A DNA stretch of 64,000 nt. Source: a bacterium (GTDB lineage Bacteria > SAR324 > NAC60-12). Positions 1 to 9,480 of the stretch are shown here, one piece after another. The stretch covers positions 736,001 to 800,000 of the forward strand of contig OZ242383.1 of the NCBI GenBank assembly GCA_965209155.1, given 5' to 3'. The notes beneath the pieces were generated by a model. That model saw nothing but the letters and a program-made list of their open reading frames with translations, ran no database searches and had not been told where the DNA came from. Position 1 is the first letter of the stretch. Every line of letters begins with the position of its first letter. The translations under genes were made by a program, and so were the position numbers.

Positions 1-1498
1 CCCACGCCATGTTGATGTCTCCAACAGGTGCTCTGACGCTGACGATAGTGTCTCCAATCTGAGCTAACCGAGTCGGAGCCGTGCAGAATTTTCGATTTTC
101 AGGAAAGCGAAAACCAAAATCAGTTCGACCTTGAAAGAATGGCAAACCTTGGCCGTGATCATTGTAAGTGCTACCCGGAGGTGATTGACCCATCGTGAGA
201 TTAAAGCACTCTCCCAAAATCTTTACTTCCCATCCCTTTGGAATTTTTCCCAGTTCGGAGTCTTCGAAGCTGTCGGGAAAGAGGGCCATGATGTCGTCGT
301 CCATGCTGTCGAGGTAGGTGCGGGCGCGTTCCGGAGTCCACTCACTCCCCCCTGGAGGGGGAGTCACAGAAAGCGAGTCGTCCGGCGACGGTTGAGGCGG
401 TGGGGGGGAGCTCCTCTGCGAAAGACTGGCGTCTTTCGATCCTCTCTCACGAGGAGGGTGATGGTGCAGGGCGTTATGAATGCTTTCCAGTACGCCGAAA
501 CAATTCTCGAAGATTTCGTTGTTCCCGAAGCGCTGTATATGGAGGTCGTGTCGTTTCAGGGTGGCTTTCGCATGGACGGGGTCGAAATCGACGAACCAGG
601 ATTTGAATAGCGCCTGCGCCATCGCCTCCAGTGTCTCGTTCATGCGGCGATTCAATTCGATCTTGTCGTCCAGAGTGCCCAGGATGTGGGCGATGGCGCG
701 TTGCTCGTGCAGGGGTGGAAAGGGGATCCTAACGTTTGCAATGTCGGTTTTCCGTAGACCGAATCTTGTTACTCCGTTCGCCAGTGAATGAAATTGTTGT
801 TGTGTGTTAATCGAATTCAGGGAGTAAAACAAATATGTTCCGTCGATTTCATGCAAAGAAGGGCGAAGAATTGCCAGATGATACCCGCAAACAAGATTAG
901 GTATGTCCTCTTTTACTAACGCAGGAACACCAATATCGTCATGTTTCTCAGAATCCTTTGTGATGACAACATCTCCAGAAATAAGTGAACATTTTGAAAT
1001 CTCCTGTTTTGTCGCAGTTGCCAACATGAAGTTTAAATTAGAACTGATGAAACTATTTCTATACACGTCTGTGTAATTGCAGAGTTGCACGGATTGTTCT
1101 CCTGCCTTCGACTTCTTATCGACACTACTGAGTCTGAGATCAACCACAGCCCCTAAGGTCGTCTCGCGCCATTCACGCATATCACCTAGCTCTTCATTTT
1201 GCACAATTACGACATACTCGGCTTCGATCTGTTTGCGGAATTGGTCGGGTATGTCGTCCCAGACGAAGAGATCGACGCGAAAGGGGAGGTTGCTTTCATC
1301 GAATGCTTCCCTGAGCGCAGAAACCCGGCTGTTTTGTGATGGGGATGCGAAGACCACCATGTCGAGATCGGATTGGGGGCGTGCGGTCCATTGGACGCGG
1401 GAGCCATAAACCCAGGCAGTCGTCTGCGGCAGGTGCTGTTTGAGCAAGGCGAGCAGGGTTTCGCGCTGTGCGGAAGTGATGTCGATGGTCCGGTTCAT
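1..1498 (-). CDS. hsdS: Fusion of an N-terminal minimal nucleotidyltransferase (MNT) domain and a type I R-M specificity subunit HsdS; 3' end beyond the window
   Basis: Not in the ORF track because it has no stop in the window. Manual translation from ATG 1498 is open to the edge: MNRTIDITSAQRETLLALLKQHLPQTTAWVYGSRVQWTARPQSDLDMVVF...LPFRVDLFVWDDIP (GS-X10-DXD), then TRD1, the conserved helix PPLHEQRAIAHILGTLDDKIELNRRMNETLEAMAQALFKSWF, then ELGKIPKGWEV and TRD2. The start overlaps the upstream HEPN stop (ATGA). Confidence 0.9.
   Translation of the reverse strand, partial: MNRTIDITSAQRETLLALLKQHLPQTTAWVYGSRVQWTARPQSDLDMVVFASPSQNSRVSALREAFDESNLPFRVDLFVWDDIPDQFRKQIEAEYVVIVQNEELGDMREWRETTLGAVVDLRLSSVDKKSKAGEQSVQLCNYTDVYRNSFISSNLNFMLATATKQEISKCSLISGDVVITKDSEKHDDIGVPALVKEDIPNLVCGYHLAILRPSLHEIDGTYLFYSLNSINTQQQFHSLANGVTRFGLRKTDIANVRIPFPPLHEQRAIAHILGTLDDKIELNRRMNETLEAMAQALFKSWFVDFDPVHAKATLKRHDLHIQRFGNNEIFENCFGVLESIHNALHHHPPRERGSKDASLSQRSSPPPPQPSPDDSLSVTPPPGGSEWTPERARTYLDSMDDDIMALFPDSFEDSELGKIPKGWEVKILGECFNLTMGQSPPGSTYNDHGQGLPFFQGRTDFGFRFPENRKFCTAPTRLAQIGDTIVSVRAPVGDINMAW
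340..560 (-). repeat. In-frame insertion inside hsdS: DUF559-like C-terminal fragment plus REP-like palindromes
   Basis: Encodes KRHDLHIQRFGNNEIFENCFGVLESIHNAL, resembling the DUF559 C-terminus xxRFwNneVlenleGVle.I..aL. It is followed by the hairpins gaaagac-gcca-gtctttc and actccccc-ctgga-gggggagt (343-365). Confidence 0.6.
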
Positions 1499-1911
1499 TC
1501 CCATGTTTCCCCGCTCAGGGTCTGGTAGAGGCCGATGGCGTCGTCAATGAATTGCTCCATGACGTCCAGGCAGGCTTTTGCTTTCTCACCACTGTAGTCG
1601 TGGGCCGTGCCCACGCGCCTGTCCGCATAGCGCAGCCATCGTTCCAGCGGCACATCGAACAGTTCGTTCTCGAACGCCAGTTTAAAGAGAGGCTTGGGAC
1701 TGTTGGGCGTTTCCGCGAGACCCAATTCTTCAATCAGGTATCGTCTCAATACCTTCCACAAGCAATCATAGCAGGTCTCGAATCGCTGGATAACTGATTC
1801 CGCGATAGCTTCCCGGGTCAATTCCAGTAATGAAACATCGAGATGCCGGTAATTATCGTACTGTTCCTCCAGGCGTTTGAGGGACATTCGAAATTTTTCA
1901 TAATCGACCAT
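1495..1911 (-). CDS. HEPN-domain protein (HI0074 / nucleotidyltransferase substrate-binding family), putative HepT-like RNase toxin
   Basis: IQRFETCYDCLWKVLRRYL and an R-X4-H-X-Y motif (RVGTAHDY); 138 aa from ATG 1911; translationally coupled to the MNT-HsdS gene. Confidence 0.85.
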   Translation of the reverse strand: MVDYEKFRMSLKRLEEQYDNYRHLDVSLLELTREAIAESVIQRFETCYDCLWKVLRRYLIEELGLAETPNSPKPLFKLAFENELFDVPLERWLRYADRRVGTAHDYSGEKAKACLDVMEQFIDDAIGLYQTLSGETWE

Positions 1912-1934
1912 GTTCTGCCTTCGGATTGCCTTCA

Positions 1935-2179
1935 TCAATTGCATTCACTACGGAATACCAGAGCATCGACGGTTTTTCCTCTTTTATTGTCATTTTCATC
2001 AAAAAAAGTCGGACTCCATACCAGCCTAACCAGTGATGATCCCTGGTGTTCAGGCAAGTCGTCGTAATAGAGATTTGTTGTGGTAAGAGGTTGTCGTAAT
2101 CCTCTTCGTCCTTGTTCACTACTACACGCAATCTGGTATGGTATTTTTGAAGTAGTTTGATCAACTCTTTGACTGTCAT
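1935..2179 (-). pseudogene. Small hypothetical gene, apparently frameshifted
   Basis: The N-terminal part MTVKELIKLLQKY...RVVVN..EEDYDNL and a C-terminal part TVDALVFRSECN* lie in different frames either side of an A7 run near 2000. Confidence 0.4.
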
Positions 2180-2353
2180 GAGCATTTTCCTCCAAGTAGG
2201 AAATCTAATGCTTTTCAAGTTGTTCTTGATCGCAACGTCCGACAACGTGCCGAAAGACAATGATTGTCTTTCATTTTTGCGAGCCAAATCTATTTTTCAA
2301 TCATATTTAATAAAAAGTGATTATCAAAGCAGATTGTGATTCATAGGTGAGTG

Positions 2354-3469
2354 TCAAAACACAGGCTTTCCTTCCGCAATGTTCAGGACCTCCGGGAATG
2401 TGAGTACAGCTGGTCTGCGGCCGCTTCCGGCTCGAATCTCTTTCAGAATTCCACCCCGGCGCAACGTGACCAGAATCCGCCGTGCTGTCGGTTCGGGGAT
2501 GGGCACCTTGGTCACGAAATCGACACTTTTGAAAATCGGATACTGGAAAATCCAGTCCAAAGCATGGATTGCGTATCGGGAGCGGATCAATTCAGTCACA
2601 TGGTTCTTCATGTCTTCGTAAAGGTTAAGGATTCCCCTGGCCTTCGTCAGGTTGTCCTCGGCTTGAATACGCACTGCATTCAGGAAGAATTGGCACCAAC
2701 CGGTCCAATCGTCGTCACGCGAGACCGCAAGCAGCCCATCGTAGTATGCATTACGATGCGCCTCGAAATATGCGCTAATGTAGAACATGGGATACCCAAT
2801 AAGACCACTCTGCCAAAGGAAAAGAGGCACCAGCATACGCCCCAGGCGACCATTACCATCCAGAAATGGATGCAGAGCTTCGAACTCGGCGTGCAGAATG
2901 GCGAGTTGCACAAGCCGGTCTGTGGCATCTCGATTCATATACGACTCCCAGGCGCTCATGGCGTCGTTGAGCATTTCCGCACCGACAGGTACGAACCTGG
3001 CCTCATCCAAGCTGCATCCGGGCGGACCAATCCAATTGGGAATACGCCGATACTCGCCAGGTGCCATGTACTTGCCACGCACTCCGGAAAGCAGCACCCG
3101 ATGCGCCTCGCGAATTACTCTTTGAGAGAGAGGAAGCTCACTCAGCATTTGCTCGGCCCTACGCATAGCGGTGCGATAGTTGAGCACTTCTTGGATGTCG
3201 TCATGACGCTCGGAAGATAGAAGCTCTTGTAAAGCCTCAAACTCCAGTACCTCACCCATTGTGGCTTGGGTGCCCTCAATGCGCGAGGAGAGGACAGCTT
3301 CCTGAGTCGTCAGAGGTGCCAGTAGTACGTTCGGGTCAGGAACGGCGGAGAGCACTCCATCGTATCGAGCCACTGCGGCAACGGCCGGGCCAATCAGTGG
3401 AACCAACACCGGCCAGTTGAGCCGCTCTTCCGGCGGGAACAATCCTGTCTTGTAGTGAACTGCTGCCAT
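2354..3469 (-). CDS. Fic family protein (AMP transferase fold)
   Basis: Canonical HPFLDGNGRLGR motif and an N-terminal SSRIEG inhibitory-type motif. ATG 3469 overlaps the hsdM stop (TAATG), so the longer ORF-track start is unlikely. Confidence 0.9.
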   Translation of the reverse strand: MAAVHYKTGLFPPEERLNWPVLVPLIGPAVAAVARYDGVLSAVPDPNVLLAPLTTQEAVLSSRIEGTQATMGEVLEFEALQELLSSERHDDIQEVLNYRTAMRRAEQMLSELPLSQRVIREAHRVLLSGVRGKYMAPGEYRRIPNWIGPPGCSLDEARFVPVGAEMLNDAMSAWESYMNRDATDRLVQLAILHAEFEALHPFLDGNGRLGRMLVPLFLWQSGLIGYPMFYISAYFEAHRNAYYDGLLAVSRDDDWTGWCQFFLNAVRIQAEDNLTKARGILNLYEDMKNHVTELIRSRYAIHALDWIFQYPIFKSVDFVTKVPIPEPTARRILVTLRRGGILKEIRAGSGRRPAVLTFPEVLNIAEGKPVF

Positions 3470-5373
3470 TAATCTCCCCCTTTCGTTCCAAATCCGAGTA
3501 ATTTGAGGTTTACAGCGATGGCAGCGTCCAGTCGGGTGGCTTCTAACTGTTGTTCGTGCCACTGGGTGGTGAGGCGATCCATCTTGACTTCGAAGGGTTC
3601 GCCATCGTCTGCTTGTCGCTCTGCGCCCACGTAACGGCCTGGGGTTAGAATATGACCGTGTTTGCGTATTTCCTCCAAGGTCGCGCTTTTGCAAAATCCA
3701 GGAACATCTTGGTAAATCGCAGCACCCTCACCCCGGACTTCTCCCTGCGAGGGAGAGGGAGAATGAAGAGAAGACCTCGTGGCAGCACCCTCACCCCGGA
3801 CCTCTTCCTGCGAGGGAGAGGGAGAATGAAGAGATGATCTCGTGGCAGCACCTTCACCCCGGACTTCTCCCTGCGAGGGAGAGGGAGAATGAAGAGATGA
3901 TCTCGTGACGGCTCCCTCTCCCCGGACTTCTCCCTTGAAGGGAGAGGGAGAATGAAGAGAAGACCTCGTGGCAGCACCCTCACCCCGACCCTCTCCCTTC
4001 AAGGGAGAGGGAGAAAGAGGGGGAACGCGGTGGCGCCAGGCGTGGTAGGTGCCGGCGATGCGAGCAATGTCTTCAGGGGTCAGCTCGCGATGAGTGCGGT
4101 CGACCATGCGGCCCAGTTTGCGGGCGTCGATGAAGAGCACTTCTCCTCTCCGGTCCCGGCCAGACGACAGCCCCGCTCTTCCACGGGAGGTATGACGGTC
4201 TCTCGCCAGGAACCAGAGGCAGGCGGGAATCTGGGTGGAATAGAAGAGTTGGCCCGGCAGCGCCACCATGCAGTCCACCAGGTCCGCTTCGATCATGTTC
4301 TTACGGATATTGCCTTCGCCAGACTGATTCGACGACATGGAGCCGTTGGCGAGGACGAAGCCGGCGGTGCCATCAGGCGCGAGATGATGGACGATGTGCT
4401 GAACCCAGGCGAAGTTGGCGTTGCCGTTGGGAGGGATACCGAATTGCCAACGCGGGTCGTCGGTGAGTTGCCGGCCGCCCCAGTCGGAAATATTGAATGG
4501 TGGATTCGCGAGGATGAAGTCCGCCTTGAGGTCGGGGTGGCGGTCGTTGTGGAAAGTGTCCCCGTGAGCGATCTGACCGTCAATACCTCGAATGGCGAGA
4601 TTCATTTTAGCAAGGCGCCAGGTCGTGTAGTTCGATTCCTGGCCGTAGATGGAAATGTCGCTGCTGAGCCTGCCGTTGTTGCCGTTTCCGGTAGCATGAG
4701 CACGAATGAATTCGACCGATTGCACGAACATGCCGGAAGAGCCGCAACACGGATCATAAACCCGTCCCTGCCAGGGTTCGAGCATCTCGACGAGAAGCTT
4801 GACGACGCAACGCGGGGTGTAGAATTCGCCTCCCTTCTTGCCTTCGGCGCTGGCGAATCGAGAGAGGAAATATTCGTACACTCGACCCAGCACGTCCTTG
4901 GAACGCGCTTCTTCATCACCCACCCTGATATTGCTGATCATGTCTATGAGTTGGCCAAGTCGTTGTTTATCGAGGGCAGGGCGCGCATAATCCTTGGGTA
5001 GCACGTCCCTGAGCGAGGGGTTGTCCTGCTCGATTCCGATCATCGCGTCATCAACGAGTTGGCCGATGGCGGGTTGCTTCGCCCGGGTTTTGAGATGGTT
5101 CCAGCGCGCTTGAACCGGCACCCAGAAGATGTTTTCCGCGCGATACTCGTCCGCATCTTCCGGGTCAGCGCCTTCTGCGCGCTCTTTTTCGAGGCGGACG
5201 CGCATTTCCTCGAAGGCGTCGGAGATGTATTTGAGAAAGATGAGACCGAGGACGACGTGCTTGTATTCGGCGGCATCCATGCTTCCACGCAGGGTGTCGG
5301 CCATACGCCACAGTTCGGCTTCGTATCCCGCAATGGCGCCATTGTCCTGCGATTTCGCATTCACCCCTGTCAT
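3469..5373 (-). CDS. hsdM: Type I R-M DNA methyltransferase subunit M
   Basis: [49 protein letters not shown] (motif I), NPPF (motif IV), LTPGRYVG. Confidence 0.96.
   Translation of the reverse strand: MTGVNAKSQDNGAIAGYEAELWRMADTLRGSMDAAEYKHVVLGLIFLKYISDAFEEMRVRLEKERAEGADPEDADEYRAENIFWVPVQARWNHLKTRAKQPAIGQLVDDAMIGIEQDNPSLRDVLPKDYARPALDKQRLGQLIDMISNIRVGDEEARSKDVLGRVYEYFLSRFASAEGKKGGEFYTPRCVVKLLVEMLEPWQGRVYDPCCGSSGMFVQSVEFIRAHATGNGNNGRLSSDISIYGQESNYTTWRLAKMNLAIRGIDGQIAHGDTFHNDRHPDLKADFILANPPFNISDWGGRQLTDDPRWQFGIPPNGNANFAWVQHIVHHLAPDGTAGFVLANGSMSSNQSGEGNIRKNMIEADLVDCMVALPGQLFYSTQIPACLWFLARDRHTSRGRAGLSSGRDRRGEVLFIDARKLGRMVDRTHRELTPEDIARIAGTYHAWRHRVPPLSPSPLKGEGRGEGAATRSSLHSPSPFKGEVRGEGAVTRSSLHSPSPSQGEVRGEGAATRSSLHSPSPSQEEVRGEGAATRSSLHSPSPSQGEVRGEGAAIYQDVPGFCKSATLEEIRKHGHILTPGRYVGAERQADDGEPFEVKMDRLTTQWHEQQLEATRLDAAIAVNLKLLGFGTKGGD
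3721..4016. repeat. Five tandem 63-bp palindromic units inserted in frame in hsdM
   Basis: Unit agcaccctcaccccggacttctccctgcgagggagagggagaatgaagagaagacctcgtggc; encodes repeats of [21 protein letters not shown]. Confidence 0.92.
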
Positions 5374-5694
5374 TGGTCTTCGCTCCCTCTATCATTTCAT
5401 GTTGGATTTGCGAATGAAGAAACGCTCTTAATATTGTACGCATCCCGTCTGTAAATCGCTCATGAAAGATAGCATTTCAACCAACTTTCTACAAGCGCGA
5501 ATGGAAAGCTCGAGCACATGAGTTGAATAGCATTCGTAGATTATCGTGACAGTGAATTCTTTGTTTTCGCGAATTCCGCTTTTATTTGAACATCGAATGG
5601 GATATACTTTTTATCTAACAGGAAAGGTCATTGCCTTGGCCTTTCGTGGTTTTCAAGCCTGCTGGAACAGTCATTTACAAAGCACGAGGAAACA

Positions 5695-6258
5695 TTGTAC
5701 GAAACATCGGAAATTCGTAAAGGATTGAGAATCGAGTTGAACGACAGTCCTTTCCAAATCATAGAGTATCAATTCGTCAAACCCGGAAAGGGCAATGCAT
5801 TTACGAGGACCAAAGTCCGCAACATGATCACCGGAGCCGTTTTGGATCGCACTTTCAAAAACGGTGAGAAATTGAAACCCGCCGATACGGAAGACCGGGA
5901 GATGCAATATCTCTACAAAGACGGAAGTGATTTTTTTTTCATGGACAACGAGTCTTATGAGCAAATCAACCTGGAACAAGAGGTGGTGAGAGACGCGGGG
6001 CATTACCTGATTGAGGGAATGCAAGTCTCCATCGGATTTTTCAACGGACGCCCCATTGGACTCGAACTGCCCAATTTCGTCGTCCTGGAAGTGGTGGACA
6101 CTTCTCCGGGAGAGAAAGGCAATTCGGTAACCGGGGCAACCAAAGCCGCAAGACTGGCCACCGGTTACACAGTAAACGTTCCGCTTTTCATAAAAACGGG
6201 AGAATTGCTGAAAATCGATACGCGCACCGGTGAATACGTAGAACGAGTGAAAGCGTGA
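5695..6258 (+). CDS. efp: Elongation factor P
   Basis: VKPGKGNAF motif and C-terminal VPLFIKTGELLKIDTRTGEYVERV; TTG start. Confidence 0.96.
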   Translation: MYETSEIRKGLRIELNDSPFQIIEYQFVKPGKGNAFTRTKVRNMITGAVLDRTFKNGEKLKPADTEDREMQYLYKDGSDFFFMDNESYEQINLEQEVVRDAGHYLIEGMQVSIGFFNGRPIGLELPNFVVLEVVDTSPGEKGNSVTGATKAARLATGYTVNVPLFIKTGELLKIDTRTGEYVERVKA

Positions 6259-6268
6259 TGAGTTGATC

Positions 6269-7195
6269 ATGAAGCGAAATTTTATTTCCATCCTGGATTG
6301 GACATCAGAGGAAATTCGAGCCAACCTGGAATGGGCCCTGGAATTGAAAGAGGCGACCCGCAAGCGTAAATGTCCCCGGTTGCTGGAGCAAAAAACCTAT
6401 GCGATGATTTTTCACAAGGAATCGCTGCGGACACGCATCTCTTTCGAGGTGGGTATTTTTCAACTGGGAGGGAAAACGATTCACCTGACGGCCAACGACT
6501 TCGAGTTGGGAAAGCGCGAGTCGATTCAAGACGTCGCCAAGGTCACTTCCCGCTTCGTCGACGGAATTCTGATCCGCACCTTCGATCACGAAGGGGTGGT
6601 GGAACTCGGCGAACATGCTGAAGTTCCGGTGGTCAATATGCTGACGGATTGGGAGCATCCCTGTCAAATCATGGCGGACGTTCTGACCATCGAGGAACGA
6701 TTGGGAAAACTAGACAACCTGAAAGTCGTCTATTTGGGAGATGGCAACAACGTGACCCATTCATGGCTGGCGATGGCCGCGCGTTTGCCCTTTCATTTAT
6801 GCATCGCCACTGCTCCTGAAACCAAACCCGACATGGAACTGTTCAAGGAAGTGAAGGACAGGGGAACATCTACGGTTTCTCTTTGCCATTCCGCGCAAGA
6901 AGCCGTGAGGGATGCGGACGTCTTATATACGGACGTCTGGGCGAGTATGGGACAGAAAGATCAATTCGCTTCGAAATCGGCACGGTTGAAAGATTTTCAA
7001 GTAAACCGGGAATTGTTGAACCAGGCAAAGCCCAATACGCTGGTGATGCATTGTTTGCCGGCAGAAAGGGGGCGGGAAATCACGGACGAAGTCCTGGATG
7101 GACCCCAATCGTTAGTGCTGGACCAGGCAGAAAACCGGCTGCATGCTCAAAAAGCAATTCTCGCGCAACTGGAGCGATGGCATCACCAATCCTGA
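6269..7195 (+). CDS. argF: Ornithine carbamoyltransferase
   Basis: SLRTR, HPCQ, DVWASMG, HCLP and QAENR motifs. Confidence 0.92.
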   Translation: MKRNFISILDWTSEEIRANLEWALELKEATRKRKCPRLLEQKTYAMIFHKESLRTRISFEVGIFQLGGKTIHLTANDFELGKRESIQDVAKVTSRFVDGILIRTFDHEGVVELGEHAEVPVVNMLTDWEHPCQIMADVLTIEERLGKLDNLKVVYLGDGNNVTHSWLAMAARLPFHLCIATAPETKPDMELFKEVKDRGTSTVSLCHSAQEAVRDADVLYTDVWASMGQKDQFASKSARLKDFQVNRELLNQAKPNTLVMHCLPAERGREITDEVLDGPQSLVLDQAENRLHAQKAILAQLERWHHQS

Positions 7196-7234
7196 TGCAT
7201 CGCGCTTATTCATTATTAGGATGACGGAGGTATT

Positions 7235-8527
7235 ATGACGGAAAATGCGATATTGAATCTTCCTGACGGAAAATCGATTGAATTGCCTGTGGTCGTGGGT
7301 TCTGAAAACGAACATGCGATCGACATCAGCAAGCTGCGCAGTCAAACGAATTATATAACCCTGGATCCGGGATACGTCAATACGGGTGCTTGTGAGAGCG
7401 CCATCACGTTCCTGGATGGCGAAAAAGGGATCTTGCGCTATCGAGGGATTCCCATAGAGCAATTGGCAGAGAACGCAACGTTTGTTGAAGTGGCCTACCT
7501 TTTAATTTACGGCAAATTGCCCAATCAAAATGAACTGAGTCAATTTTCGAAGGCCCTCAGCAGCCATGCGATGATTCATGAGGAAATGAAGCATTTTTTC
7601 GAGAGCTTTTCCACCAATGCGCATCCCATGGCAATTTTATCGGCAATGGTGGGTTCCCTTTCCGCATATTACAGTGAAGCCTCCGGGGAAGCCAACATGG
7701 CTCAAGTGGATTTGAATGCTGCCCGCTTGATTTCTAAAATTCGCACTTTGGCTGCTTTTTCCTATAAAAAATCACTCGGACAACCATTTATTTATCCCCA
7801 GGACCACTTCTCTTACTGCGCAAATTTTCTGCGAATGATGTTTGCCGTGCCTGCCGAGGATTACCAGTTGGACGAAGACGTGGTGAACACGCTCAATCTC
7901 CTTCTCATTCTTCACGCCGATCATGAGCAAAACTGCAGCACTTCCACGGTGCGGGGAGTGGGAAGCAGCCACGCCAACGTTTACGCTTCGGTTGCTGCCG
8001 GCATCCTGGCGCTTTGGGGCCCTTTACACGGAGGAGCCAATCAACAGGTGATCGAGATGCTGGAACGCATTCGCGCAGAAGGGGGAAATACGAACAAATT
8101 TCTCGAATTGGCGAAAGACAGAAATTCCGGATTCCGTTTGATGGGATTCGGACATCGAGTGTATAAGAATTATGATCCGAGGGCCAAAGTGATTAAAAAC
8201 GCCTGCGACCGGATTTTGCGGAAAATGGGAGTGCAAGATCCGGTATTGGAGATTGCCAGGGAATTGGAGGAGCGTGCACTTGCTGAGGATTATTTCATAG
8301 AACGCAAACTTTACCCCAACGTCGATTTTTATAGCGGTATCATTTACCGCGCAATCGGAATTCCGACCAATATGTTCACGGTGATGTTCGCTCTCGGTCG
8401 CCTACCCGGTTGGATTGCGCAGTGGAAAGAGATGATGGAAAATCCCAAACATCGCCTCGCCCGTCCCCGTCAAATCTATACGGGGTCGACCGTCACGGAT
8501 TTTATTCCGATGGAGCAACGTCCGTGA
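7235..8527 (+). CDS. gltA: Citrate synthase (type II)
   Basis: LHADHEQNCST, GPLHGGAN, MGFGHRVYKNYDPRA, LYPNVDFYSG. Confidence 0.97.
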   Translation: MTENAILNLPDGKSIELPVVVGSENEHAIDISKLRSQTNYITLDPGYVNTGACESAITFLDGEKGILRYRGIPIEQLAENATFVEVAYLLIYGKLPNQNELSQFSKALSSHAMIHEEMKHFFESFSTNAHPMAILSAMVGSLSAYYSEASGEANMAQVDLNAARLISKIRTLAAFSYKKSLGQPFIYPQDHFSYCANFLRMMFAVPAEDYQLDEDVVNTLNLLLILHADHEQNCSTSTVRGVGSSHANVYASVAAGILALWGPLHGGANQQVIEMLERIRAEGGNTNKFLELAKDRNSGFRLMGFGHRVYKNYDPRAKVIKNACDRILRKMGVQDPVLEIARELEERALAEDYFIERKLYPNVDFYSGIIYRAIGIPTNMFTVMFALGRLPGWIAQWKEMMENPKHRLARPRQIYTGSTVTDFIPMEQRP

Positions 8528-8580
8528 GTGAGGCCAAGACGCGTTTTCCGGAATACTCGATTCGTTGACGACCATCCGTT

Positions 8581-9444
8581 TCATTTCTTAATGAGCGGGG
8601 CCAACTGTTCCACTGCCTTGGAGCGATTGAGGGCATAGAGATGGATTCCATCCACCCCTTCTTTGATCAGTCCTTCGATTTGCTCCCGCGCAAAATCCAA
8701 TCCGACTTGATACATCGCCGCGCTGTCGCTCTCATGATTGCGTAATTTATCAATCAATCGCCTGGGAACAAAGCATTGGCACATCTCGGCGAAGCGGGTG
8801 ATTTGTGATGCCGACAGGGCGGGCATTACGCCTGCTACCAATGGAATGCTCACTCCCCGGGCCCGGACCCGGTCACGCCATCTTAAAAAAAAATCGTTGT
8901 CCAGGAAAAATTGGGTGACGATGAATTCAGCCCCCGCTTCGATTTTGAGCAGGAAATGTTCAAAATGTTCGTCCGGGTCCGGGGTTTCAGGATGTCCCTC
9001 CGGATAACCTGCGGCACCAATGCCAAAATCACCCCGCTGCTTCACGGCAGTGATCAATTCACAGGCATGAGCAAATCCATTTTCGGGCTTCTTGAAGTGT
9101 GCTTCTCCTCGAGGAGGATCGCCACGAAGAACCATGAGATTTTCTATATTCACTTGCGCTAAATGATTGATCACTTCACGAATTTCTTCTTGAGTATGAG
9201 AGACGCAGGTCAAATGCGCCATGGCTTCAACAGACAATTTATTTTTAATGAAGGAAGCCAGCGCATGGGTGTTGTGGCGCGTTCCTCCACCGGCGCCATA
9301 AGTCACGGAAATAAAATCTGGCGCGTATTTTTGAAATATCGACAACTTTTCCTGGAGAGATATCACCCCTTCTTCTGTTTTGGGAGGAAATATTTCGATG
9401 GAAAATACCGGGGCATGGTGTCGATACAGATCAATGATACGCAT
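8581..9444 (-). CDS. metF: Methylenetetrahydrofolate reductase
   Basis: SIEIFPPK, SVTYGAGG, AHLTC, LRGDPP, AGYPEGHPE, TQFF. Confidence 0.95.
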   Translation of the reverse strand: MRIIDLYRHHAPVFSIEIFPPKTEEGVISLQEKLSIFQKYAPDFISVTYGAGGGTRHNTHALASFIKNKLSVEAMAHLTCVSHTQEEIREVINHLAQVNIENLMVLRGDPPRGEAHFKKPENGFAHACELITAVKQRGDFGIGAAGYPEGHPETPDPDEHFEHFLLKIEAGAEFIVTQFFLDNDFFLRWRDRVRARGVSIPLVAGVMPALSASQITRFAEMCQCFVPRRLIDKLRNHESDSAAMYQVGLDFAREQIEGLIKEGVDGIHLYALNRSKAVEQLAPLIKK

Positions 9445-9480
9445 ATCGAATTGTTGATGCTCGATGAAAAAGCGAAACGC

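Noticed and set aside
185..1409. Plus-strand ORFs 185-610, 480-791 and 1077-1409
   Set aside because: Antisense shadows of the MNT-HsdS frame, which carries recognisable motifs.
2351..5454. Long plus-strand ORFs 2351-3220 and 3952-5001
   Set aside because: Antisense to Fic and hsdM in GC-rich DNA; no recognisable motifs.
6269..7195. N-acetyl/succinyl-ornithine transcarbamylase because of SLRTR
   Set aside because: The DxxxSMG ornithine-binding loop of ordinary OTCase is present.
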